From a virus (taxonomy: Duplodnaviria; Heunggongvirae; Uroviricota; Caudoviricetes), in the IMG/VR virus record IMGVR_UViG_2574180019_000006: a stretch of DNA of 64,000 bases. The stretch is one strand, 5' to 3'. Below the pieces are notes generated by a model. That model was not told the DNA's origin, made no database searches, and worked only from the letters and a program-made list of their open reading frames with translations. This document shows, one piece after another, positions 56,689 to 64,000 of the stretch (positions are counted from its first letter, which is position 1; every line of letters begins with the position of its first letter). The translations under genes were made by a program, and so were the position numbers.

Positions 56689-57435
56689 ATGTCTAATACC
56701 CATGTAAAAAACATCAAACTTGGTGCCTGTAAGGTGTCGTTTGGTGGTGTGGATTTGGGTTACACCAAAGGTGGTGTTCAGGTTGAAATCGCAACCGAAA
56801 CGCTGAAAGTGACCGTAGACCAGCTGGGCCAGACCACGATCTCCGAGCTGATCCAGGGCCGCAACATCACCATTACTGCGCCGCTGGCTGAATCCGTGTT
56901 GAAAAACATGGTCGATCTGATGCCAGGTTCCACGCTGAGTTCTGGCGAAGATACCGTAACCATCACGTCTGCGCAGGGAGTGAACCTGATCGACGTTGCG
57001 AAAGAGTTGGTGCTGACCCCGCAGGATGCGACGGATTATATTCTGACCATCCCTAAAGCAGCAACCGCGGGTAACTTCACCATGACCTACCAGTCTGACG
57101 ACGTTCGCGTGTTCTCAGTTGAGTTTTCCGCTTACCCGGACGACGCTGGCGTGTTGGGGAAAATGAGCCTCCCAAAGCCGGTTGAGAGCGTCACGCTGAC
57201 CCCGTCTTCACCGACCGTAAAAGTGGGCACTAAAGTTCAATTGAGCGCAACCTTCACCCCGGCCGATGCAACCAATAAGACTGGCGTGTGGAGCTCTGAT
57301 GCGACTGATAAAGCGACCGTAGATCAGAACGGACTGGTAACTGGTAAAGCTGTCGGTTCAGCCAATATCACCTTCACAACTAATGACGGTGCCAAGAAGG
57401 CGACCAAAGCCGTCTCTGTAACTGCCGCAAGCTAA
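56689..57435 (+). CDS. Major tail protein with C-terminal Ig-like (Big_2) domain (lambda gpV-like architecture)
   Basis: ATG 56689 with RBS aaaaggag; C-terminal VTLTPSSPTVKVGTKVQLSATFTPADATNKTGVWSSDATDKATVDQNGLVTGKAVGSANITF Ig-like repeat; precedes chaperone and tape measure. Confidence 0.7.
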   Translation: MSNTHVKNIKLGACKVSFGGVDLGYTKGGVQVEIATETLKVTVDQLGQTTISELIQGRNITITAPLAESVLKNMVDLMPGSTLSSGEDTVTITSAQGVNLIDVAKELVLTPQDATDYILTIPKAATAGNFTMTYQSDDVRVFSVEFSAYPDDAGVLGKMSLPKPVESVTLTPSSPTVKVGTKVQLSATFTPADATNKTGVWSSDATDKATVDQNGLVTGKAVGSANITFTTNDGAKKATKAVSVTAAS

Positions 57436-57496
57436 ATTGTGATAACCCAAGAGGCCCATGGATGGGCCTCTGTATGAGTTTAAAAGGATTTAAACC

Positions 57497-57814
57497 ATGA
57501 CCAAATTACTCGATCTCGACTCCATTCTGCCGCCGAAAAAAAGCATCAAATTTGGTGGCAAAGAATATCCCATCGTTGAAATGACCGTCGGCCTCTTTGT
57601 TTCCATCAAGCAGATGGAAGGCAAAGATCTCATGAACATGTCTCCTGTTGAGCAAGTGACAGCTTATGCAGATCTGGTTCGTAAGGTTATCCCTTCAGTA
57701 CCTGACGAAGTTCTTGAAAAACTGACTGTTCCGCAACTCCAGCAGATCTTCACCTTCGCTATGGAAGTGATTGATGAAGAAAACGAAAAAGCGGCTGGCG
57801 AAGGGGCAAAGTAA
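57497..57814 (+). CDS. Tail assembly chaperone (gpG-like)
   Basis: 105 aa, acidic C-terminus, between major tail and tape measure genes. Confidence 0.55.
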   Translation: MTKLLDLDSILPPKKSIKFGGKEYPIVEMTVGLFVSIKQMEGKDLMNMSPVEQVTAYADLVRKVIPSVPDEVLEKLTVPQLQQIFTFAMEVIDEENEKAAGEGAK

Positions 57815-58164
57815 TTTCCCGCGATGAATCCGGGACAAGGACCGTCTCAATAGATCTCGGATTCTATTTCAGTCGTGTAGTTGCTCACTACGCCGTGTCG
57901 CCATTAGAGCTACTGAACGTTCCTCTCACGATGTTCTGGATGCTCAGTCGCAATATAGACCGTCTGCGTGCGGAAGAGGATGTCCGCAACTTACAAGTCG
58001 CTCGTGCGTCCCAGGCGGATGGCGAGGCTGTGAAGGCGTTCATGGAGGGTTTGCAACTCAGGATTGGAAGACCAGTCGTAACAGATAAAGTCTACGATCC
58101 AAGCCAGGATAAGGCAGACCCTGACGCCAAAGAGCAACTGATGCAAATATTTGGCAGAGGATGA
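57778..58164 (+). CDS. -1 frame extension for putative gpGT-like frameshift product
   Basis: Frame -1 relative to chaperone is open from 57778 to 58164; overlap window contains GAAAAAG (57785-57791); ends 8 nt before tape-measure ATG. Confidence 0.4.
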   Translation, partial: RKRKSGWRRGKVISRDESGTRTVSIDLGFYFSRVVAHYAVSPLELLNVPLTMFWMLSRNIDRLRAEEDVRNLQVARASQADGEAVKAFMEGLQLRIGRPVVTDKVYDPSQDKADPDAKEQLMQIFGRG

Positions 58165-58171
58165 CAAGGGA

Positions 58172-61100
58172 ATGTCACAAAACGTAGAGTTTATCCTGTC
58201 GCTGGAAGACAAACAGTTTACAGCGTCAATCGATCGTGCGGGGAAACTGCTTACTCGATTTGGTGAGCAGGTAACAAAGCCTGCTCAAAAAATCCAAACC
58301 TTTGAACGCTCTTTGGGTTCGGTCGCCCGTATCATTGGCGTTCTGGAAAGCAAGCTCGATTCTACGGCAGATAAACTACAGGATGTAGCTGCCGGTTTTG
58401 AGCTTGCTTCAGATGCTACGCGTAAAATGCGTGGCAACATCACCAGCCTCAATTCTGGTCTTAAAGCCCTGATTGAGCGCGTCGATACGACAACTTCTTC
58501 AGTAGATAAACTCACCGCGTCATTACGTAAAGTGCAATCAGAGCTAAATGATTTCTCTGATTGGGCGACCTATGCAAGCAAAAGCGCAAGCCGCTTTGGT
58601 ACGGAGGTCAAAGAAGCCTCTGCGTCCGTGAGTGGCATGAATACGCGCCTTAATACCACGACGAAGCGACTCAGTAATTGGGGTGTCACAACGAGTCAGG
58701 CTGCCGAGGGACTGAAAAAGGTTCGTGAGCAGATGGACGAAGTTATCGGACGTCAGCAACTGATTAGCAAGCCGGTACGCGTTCGTACATCTGGAAGTGG
58801 CGATGGTGGTAGCGGGCGGCGTAGCGGCGCTTCTGGCCATAGCGGTAAAAGTAACGAAGGAGGTATGTTCTCTGGCCTTCGTGGCAACATTTTCCTGCTT
58901 GGCGAGATCGGAGATGCAGCCAGAACGGTTACTGACATCATGTTTGGGTGGCAGAAGCCTATTGTTGAAGCTGCGGCCGAAATGGAACGTATGCGGGTGA
59001 TGCTTCGAGGGTTGAATAAGGAGAAGTCCAACCCTGGCCAGGCTGCCGCCGATGACATGAAGTACATCGTAGACATGGCTCAAAATGCGCCGTTCGCGAT
59101 GCAGGCGTTAACAGATTCCTTCGTGAAGTTTCGTTCTGCTGGCTTAGATCCAACCGATGGTTCTCTGAAGGCGCTGGTGGACTCCGTTGCTCGTTTTGGT
59201 GGTGATAGTGAGCTGTTGAAACGTGCGGCTGTGGCCGTTCAGCAGATGTCCGGTAAGGGCGTTGTGTCAATGGAAGAGCTACGTCAGCAATTAGGTGAAG
59301 CCGTTCCTAACGCGATGCAGGCAATGGCAGACGCCGCAGGCATCACTATGGGGGAACTGACTAAAGCCGTTGCCAGCGGTACGGTTGAGGCAAAACAGGC
59401 GTTGTCTCTGATGTTTGTTGGTCTGCGTGCGGAGAATGAGAACGCAGCGAAAGACATGATGCAAACCTACACAGGTGCGCTGGCGCAACTTCAGACGTCA
59501 TTCACGTTATTTGCTGATCGGGTTGGTCAGGCCGGATATCTGGATTCTCTATCGAAGGGGATGAAAGAACTGGCTTCAATCATGAATAGCGCCGAAGGGA
59601 TTTCGTTTGCCAATTCTTTAGGTTCGGGGTTAACAACGGCAATCGATGGGTTGCGTCAGCTTGCTCAATGGTTAGCAAAGAACCAAGAGCTGGTAATTAA
59701 TCTCGGTAAGATCGTGGCCGCGATGGTTGCGTTCAAACTGATGCGAGCAGGGATCATGGGGGTAGTTGGCGCTGGGAGCCAGATGGTTAGCACCTTTGCC
59801 ACGATGGCGACCGCCATACAGACTCCATTTAACCTCGGCGCTACAGCAGTAACTCGATTCAATCGTGCGGCACGTATGGGGCTGGCTCCGATCCCCTCTC
59901 TTATTTTCGCCATCCGTGGGGCGATTACGGGGCTTAAAGGCGCTTTTGCTGGATTAACGGCGTTCATTGCAGCAAACCCTATAGGGGCAGCATTTACAGT
60001 TGCCACAGTAGCTGTTGCTGGCCTAATCACGTACATGACCATGCTCCGCAGCGAAACTTCAAAGGTCGTTGACGAGATTAGGAAAATACCAGAGGCGATG
60101 ACGGCGGCCAAACGTGCACAGATGGCGGAGTATAAAGCGCGTCTTGAGCAACAAATCACGCAAAAGGAACAAGAGTTAAAATCTGGCGAAAAGGTGGTTT
60201 ATGGGCCGGGTATGGCCGGAACTACAGTAAAGATTAATCAGGATGAACGTAAGCGTATAGAAAATGAGCTAAATGACCTTCGTAAGAAACGCGATAAAAC
60301 TACTGGGGCAATTGAACGCGGAGACATTGCCGTAGCCAAACGTCTTGCAAAAGATGCGGCAGAATCACAGATAGAGAAAATACGGGAAGAGAATAGAGAC
60401 TTTGCGGCAACATTCGCTAAAGCTCGTCAAGAGGCTCTGGAGAAGATCCAAAAAATCAATGATGACGATTCACTTTCTGATGACGAAAAGAACAAGCTAT
60501 TGGCACCGTTACGTGAAACGGTAAACAAAAGCTATCTGGAGCCTGCGCAAAAACTGGTTGATTCACTTTCTTCTCGTAAGAATGCGACCGAGAAGCAAAT
60601 TGCGACTCTTAATGATCAGCTTGAAAAAGCCAAAAAGGATGGAAATACCGAGCAGATCCAGAAACTGCAAGGCAGTATTCGTGGTTATCAGGAGCATTTG
60701 GAAGCCGTTGCTCAGGAGCTGACTCAGGCAGAGTTCGAGAGAGATAACGCGGCCAAAACTGGTAAGGGCGTAATGTCAAACCAGGGGACTGTTCTTGGGT
60801 TAGGTACAACTGATAAAGCTGCTCAGAAGGCGTTGGCGCAATATATGCGAAACCAGATGGATTCTGCGACTTATCAGCGTACTTTGCCTGACGGCACTCC
60901 GATGATGGACTTCGAAGGTAAGCCGATTATTGGGCCTAAACAACTCAAGACGCAGCTTAATTTGCAGAAAGCATCCAGTGCCAGCTCTCTGGAGAAAATG
61001 AGCGATGAAGAGCGTGCCGCAGCCATTGCTGCACTGACTAAAGCTCGTGAACAGGATGCAGCAGCTGCCGAGAAAGCAGCCCAACGATCAGCTAACGCCT

Positions 61101-62749
61101 CGCAGCGTGCGGCCAAGAAGGAACAGGCAGCGCAACAGAAACTGGCAGCCGGATACCAGAAGGCTCTGGACAAAGCCGATCAGCTTATGGGGCAAATGGG
61201 TGAAAGCTCTAAGGCTACGGTATCGTTTGATCAGTCTCTTCGTGATACAACGAAATCGCTGACAGATTTGGCTAATGCGGTTCCTAACGAGTTCATCACT
61301 CAAGAGATGATCGACAAGGCGAAAAAACGTCTTGAAGACCTCAAAAATGCGACACCTGAATATCGCGAGATGTTTAATCGCCGCAATGTTGAGCAGATGA
61401 TCTCCACTTGGGCACCGGAGGCGGATTCCATTATTAGTGCTGGCTATACGCCGTCTCGCGAAGAGAAAGTTGCTGATTTCGAAGACACCTACAACCGCAA
61501 TCTCAAAGCGTTGATAGAACTTCGTGATAAGGCGTCTGATCCTAAAGTTGTGGCGCTTTATACAAAGAAAATCAATCAACTGATTGCTGCTGGCAATACC
61601 GCGCTTATTAAAGAGACGGGGACTGCGACGCAGAAGTTGGCACTGGAATACGAAAACCTGGCAGAGCAGATCGAAAGCACCTGGACTGATTTGTTTAGTG
61701 GCTTAACTGATGTCCTGACTGATTTCGTTATTAACGGGAAGATGAGCTTCTCCAGCCTATCTCAGTCCATTTTGAAAGATATCACCAATATGGTCGTGAA
61801 GTCGCAGATCACGCTGCCTCTAATGAACATGTTGGGGATGGGAACCACCGCAGCTGGTAGTTCACAGAGTGGTAATTTGCTGACCGGGGTTGCTTCCGCC
61901 GTTGCCAATCAAGGGGTACGAATGGGCAACACTGTTAACGGCGACAAGTCGGTAGGAGAAGCCACGAAGGAGACGTCCAGTTCGGTAACTGGATTGGGGC
62001 AAACAACACAGCAGACCACCAGCGCAATTGGCACAGCAACAAATGCGATTGGTAGCTGGGTATCGGGGCTATTTGATAGCACCGAAGCCAAAGATGCTGA
62101 GACAAAAGCCGTGAAGGACTCCATCTTCTCGATGCAGAACCTCAGCTCTGTTACCGGCGCGCTGTCTGCCGCGTTTGCAATGCTTGGAGCTAATGCTTCC
62201 GGCTCTGGTAATAAGTGGTTGAGTTTTGGAGCAACGGTTGCATCTGGTCTTGTTTCAGCTTGGGCTGGCGGTGGATTCGATGGATTGATGTCCGGTTCTT
62301 CTGGCTCAACTTCCGGGTTCAACAATCTGACCAGTTCTGCTGCCGATGGCACGAATGGTATTCCTGCAATTCCGAAGTTTGCAAATGGTGGCATATTCGG
62401 AAAAGACGGCGTGATCCCGCTCCGGGCATACCAGAAAGGCGGTATTGCTAACTCGCCTCAATTAGCGTTGTTTGGGGAAGGTTCTATGAATGAGGCGTAT
62501 GTTCCATTGCCTGATGGCCGAACAATCCCTGTAACGCTCAGTACCGATGGTATGAGTGGAGGCGGAAATGTTCTTTCTCCTGTATCAATTGAGATCAACG
62601 TCCATAGTGACGGTAGCACGACAGAATCCGGCGATACAGAAAGCATATGGAACAATGCCGCTCAACGGATGAAAGCAATCGCGCTTGAGACTATCGCTCA
62701 AGAGAAACGCCCTGGCGGATCACTCAACCCAAACACTCAACGTAACTAA
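58172..62749 (+). CDS. Tail tape measure protein
   Basis: ~1525 aa from ATG 58172 (ORF track TTG 58151); long alpha-helical Ala/Gln/Lys-rich sequence with central hydrophobic segment and Gly-rich C-terminal region. Confidence 0.85.
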   Translation: MSQNVEFILSLEDKQFTASIDRAGKLLTRFGEQVTKPAQKIQTFERSLGSVARIIGVLESKLDSTADKLQDVAAGFELASDATRKMRGNITSLNSGLKALIERVDTTTSSVDKLTASLRKVQSELNDFSDWATYASKSASRFGTEVKEASASVSGMNTRLNTTTKRLSNWGVTTSQAAEGLKKVREQMDEVIGRQQLISKPVRVRTSGSGDGGSGRRSGASGHSGKSNEGGMFSGLRGNIFLLGEIGDAARTVTDIMFGWQKPIVEAAAEMERMRVMLRGLNKEKSNPGQAAADDMKYIVDMAQNAPFAMQALTDSFVKFRSAGLDPTDGSLKALVDSVARFGGDSELLKRAAVAVQQMSGKGVVSMEELRQQLGEAVPNAMQAMADAAGITMGELTKAVASGTVEAKQALSLMFVGLRAENENAAKDMMQTYTGALAQLQTSFTLFADRVGQAGYLDSLSKGMKELASIMNSAEGISFANSLGSGLTTAIDGLRQLAQWLAKNQELVINLGKIVAAMVAFKLMRAGIMGVVGAGSQMVSTFATMATAIQTPFNLGATAVTRFNRAARMGLAPIPSLIFAIRGAITGLKGAFAGLTAFIAANPIGAAFTVATVAVAGLITYMTMLRSETSKVVDEIRKIPEAMTAAKRAQMAEYKARLEQQITQKEQELKSGEKVVYGPGMAGTTVKINQDERKRIENELNDLRKKRDKTTGAIERGDIAVAKRLAKDAAESQIEKIREENRDFAATFAKARQEALEKIQKINDDDSLSDDEKNKLLAPLRETVNKSYLEPAQKLVDSLSSRKNATEKQIATLNDQLEKAKKDGNTEQIQKLQGSIRGYQEHLEAVAQELTQAEFERDNAAKTGKGVMSNQGTVLGLGTTDKAAQKALAQYMRNQMDSATYQRTLPDGTPMMDFEGKPIIGPKQLKTQLNLQKASSASSLEKMSDEERAAAIAALTKAREQDAAAAEKAAQRSANASQRAAKKEQAAQQKLAAGYQKALDKADQLMGQMGESSKATVSFDQSLRDTTKSLTDLANAVPNEFITQEMIDKAKKRLEDLKNATPEYREMFNRRNVEQMISTWAPEADSIISAGYTPSREEKVADFEDTYNRNLKALIELRDKASDPKVVALYTKKINQLIAAGNTALIKETGTATQKLALEYENLAEQIESTWTDLFSGLTDVLTDFVINGKMSFSSLSQSILKDITNMVVKSQITLPLMNMLGMGTTAAGSSQSGNLLTGVASAVANQGVRMGNTVNGDKSVGEATKETSSSVTGLGQTTQQTTSAIGTATNAIGSWVSGLFDSTEAKDAETKAVKDSIFSMQNLSSVTGALSAAFAMLGANASGSGNKWLSFGATVASGLVSAWAGGGFDGLMSGSSGSTSGFNNLTSSAADGTNGIPAIPKFANGGIFGKDGVIPLRAYQKGGIANSPQLALFGEGSMNEAYVPLPDGRTIPVTLSTDGMSGGGNVLSPVSIEINVHSDGSTTESGDTESIWNNAAQRMKAIALETIAQEKRPGGSLNPNTQRN

Positions 62750-62791
62750 CTATCGACTGCCCCGACCGGGGCGGTCTCACAAGGATGTGAG

Positions 62792-63127
62792 ATGGAAAGA
62801 CAAACGTTTAATTGGTATCCAGATTACGAATCTGAAAAGAGCGTAAAACCGAATGTAACGGTACTTAATTTTGGTGATGACTACGAGCAGCGACAGGCTC
62901 AAGGTCTTAATCGTATTAAAGAAGAATGGTCGTTAACCTTTACCAGATCATACAACGAAATTAATGCAATCGATGACTTCCTGACTGAGCGAGCAGGCGT
63001 TGAGTCGTTCTATTGGGTTAATCCAAGAGGAAAACGGATTGTAGTTGTATGTGACAGTCATACGGTCAAGCGATATCAGGGGTACTGTGTCTTAACTGCT
63101 ACATTCAGACAAGTATTTGAGGCTTAA
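62792..63127 (+). CDS. Minor tail protein, lambda gpM-like
   Basis: 111 aa; FNWYPDYE...LNFGDDYEQRQAQGLN...SLTF...ESFYW...RYQGY resembles lambda gpM as recalled; directly after tape measure. Confidence 0.7.
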   Translation: MERQTFNWYPDYESEKSVKPNVTVLNFGDDYEQRQAQGLNRIKEEWSLTFTRSYNEINAIDDFLTERAGVESFYWVNPRGKRIVVVCDSHTVKRYQGYCVLTATFRQVFEA

Positions 63128-63133
63128 GCATCT

Positions 63134-63159
63134 GGATAAGTAAGTACTAATTTACTATC
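63134..63159. promoter_or_regulatory. Palindrome-family element ggataagtaagtactaatttact
   Basis: Recurrent palindromic element family. Confidence 0.3.
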
Positions 63160-63209
63160 ATTGTGGCGTTGACAGGATGTTAGCGCCTACTTATTTCAAG
63201 GATGAAACA

Positions 63210-63908
63210 ATGGGAATTAAAGCTGATATTCAGAGCTTATCTCCCTCTGCACTCATTGAGTTGTTCGTACTGGATATGTCGAACACAACTTCAGGGGGGA
63301 AGCTATTCTTCCACGCCGGAACAAACGAACTGATGCAACCGGTCGTCTGGCAAGGAGTGACATACGAGCCGTGGCCAATCAAAGCATCAGGCTTTGACAA
63401 AACTGGCCAGGGAACGTTGCCACGTCCAAAAATTCAGGTATCGAACTTTGCCGGAACCGTCTCTGCGGAAGTTCAGGCGAACGACGATCTTGTTGGCTGC
63501 CGCATTATTCGCAAGATGACGCTGGCTCGCTTCCTCGATGCCGTTAATTTTAAAGACGGTAATCCAACAGCAGATCCAAACCAACATTTCCCGGATGAAA
63601 TGTGGTTTATCGAACAGAAAACGCTCGAAACTCATCAGGTTGTCGAGTTTGAGTTGTCCAGTGTGTTCGATTTGATGGGGGTGCAACTGCCGTATCGTCA
63701 GATCATTAAAAACACCTGCCCGTGGAAATACCGAGGGCCAGAATGCGGCTATACCGGTCCATATTTCGACAAAAATAACCAGCAGACGTCTATGTCTGGT
63801 GCTGATTACTGCACAAAACGTTATGACGCCTGTAATGCGCGTCGGAATTATTTTGCCAACGGAGTGATCCATTTTGGCGGGTTTATTGGAGCTACGCGAT
63901 ATGGGTAA
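63210..63908 (+). CDS. Minor tail protein, lambda gpL-like
   Basis: WQGVTYEPWPIKASGFDKTGQGTLPRPKIQVSNF, ARFLDAVNFKDGNPTADPNQ, NTCPWKYRGPECGYTGP, NGVIHFGGFIGA colinear with lambda gpL as recalled; ATG 63210 with RBS aagga. Confidence 0.8.
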   Translation: MGIKADIQSLSPSALIELFVLDMSNTTSGGKLFFHAGTNELMQPVVWQGVTYEPWPIKASGFDKTGQGTLPRPKIQVSNFAGTVSAEVQANDDLVGCRIIRKMTLARFLDAVNFKDGNPTADPNQHFPDEMWFIEQKTLETHQVVEFELSSVFDLMGVQLPYRQIIKNTCPWKYRGPECGYTGPYFDKNNQQTSMSGADYCTKRYDACNARRNYFANGVIHFGGFIGATRYG

Positions 63909-63939
63909 TAAAGCAATCCCTGAGCTTGGCTCTGATGTT

Positions 63940-64000
63940 ATGCAGCAAATCTATCTCTGCGCCATAAATCGCTACCCTAATGAAGCGTGTGGCTTTCTGG
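63940..64000 (+). CDS. Partial (5' end only) tail tip protein, lambda gpK-like; alternative start 63901
   Basis: Translation MQQIYLCAINRYPNEACGFL matches the N-terminal JAB/MPN-like start of gpK-family proteins; truncated by window end. Confidence 0.45.
   Translation, partial: MQQIYLCAINRYPNEACGFL

Noticed and set aside
59665-61579. Several 160-aa minus-strand ORFs
   Set aside because: All are antisense within the tape measure gene, whose plus-strand reading frame is continuous for about 1525 codons.
1-64000. Identification as phage T5 or a close Tequintavirus
   Set aside because: Although nrdAB, thyA, DHFR, rnhA and SbcCD-like genes are T5-like, the capsid here is a 291-aa protein with a separate scaffold gene, and no T5-type tRNA cluster is seen.
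1-64000. CRISPR array or cas genes
   Set aside because: No regularly spaced identical direct repeats with unique spacers. The only tandem arrays are degenerate iteron-like repeats without spacer structure.
1-64000. Integrase or classical prophage attachment site
   Set aside because: No tyrosine or serine recombinase motif recognised in any ORF in this window. The element may not integrate, or the integrase lies outside the window.

Overview
The window reads as one contiguous phage-like element with several embedded foreign pieces. All assignments rest on motif recognition and recalled homology by eye; no database search was run, and start codons are approximate (the ORF track uses GTG/TTG starts in places).

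Left arm (0.4-26.8 kb, plus strand): virulent-phage-style replication and nucleotide-metabolism genes. These include an SbcD/SbcC-like nuclease pair, a RuvC-like resolvase, class Ia ribonucleotide reductase (nrdA, nrdB), a MazG-like NTP pyrophosphohydrolase, a thymidylate synthase with two large insertions, DHFR, a P-loop kinase, a DnaQ-like exonuclease, two N6-adenine DNA methyltransferases, RNase HI, an HD-domain (p)ppGpp-hydrolase-like protein and many small unknown ORFs.

Right arm (47.7-64 kb, plus strand): a siphovirus morphogenesis module. Terminase small and large subunits, portal, scaffold, HK97-fold capsid, an Ig-like decoration protein, a lambda-gpV-like major tail protein, a G/GT-type chaperone with an apparent -1 frameshift, a ~1525-aa tape measure, and gpM/gpL/gpK-like tip proteins.

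Embedded features:
- An IS186 copy with a 10-bp target duplication between nrdA and nrdB.
- A ~4-kb block of Escherichia-type chromosomal genes (mrp/apbC and metG), preceded by a LexA-box-controlled gene that starts exactly at the UmuD' N-terminus.
- A ~1.5-kb ORF-free, A+C-skewed region followed by an iteron-like tandem array, with a second array 3.5 kb downstream.
- An AT-rich minus-strand cassette of unknown-function genes (38.4-42.5 kb) ending in an SF2 helicase.
- A ParB-like pair, ABC-type ATPase and GNAT cluster just upstream of the terminase.

Two recurrent motif families (an AAACAA-N-TTGTTT palindrome upstream of start codons, and a TAGGTAAGTA..TACTTACCTA intergenic palindrome) occur on both sides of the host-gene block. 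That argues for a single element rather than two prophages. The gene content plus IS and host-gene acquisition is most consistent with an SSU5/pHCM2-like phage-plasmid, though this is inference. No CRISPR array, rRNA or convincing tRNA was found.

The best candidates for an undescribed system are the UmuD'-like/host-gene block, the AT-rich minus-strand cassette, the 409-aa zinc-ribbon-like protein and the ParB/ABC/GNAT cluster. None could be assigned a function from sequence alone.
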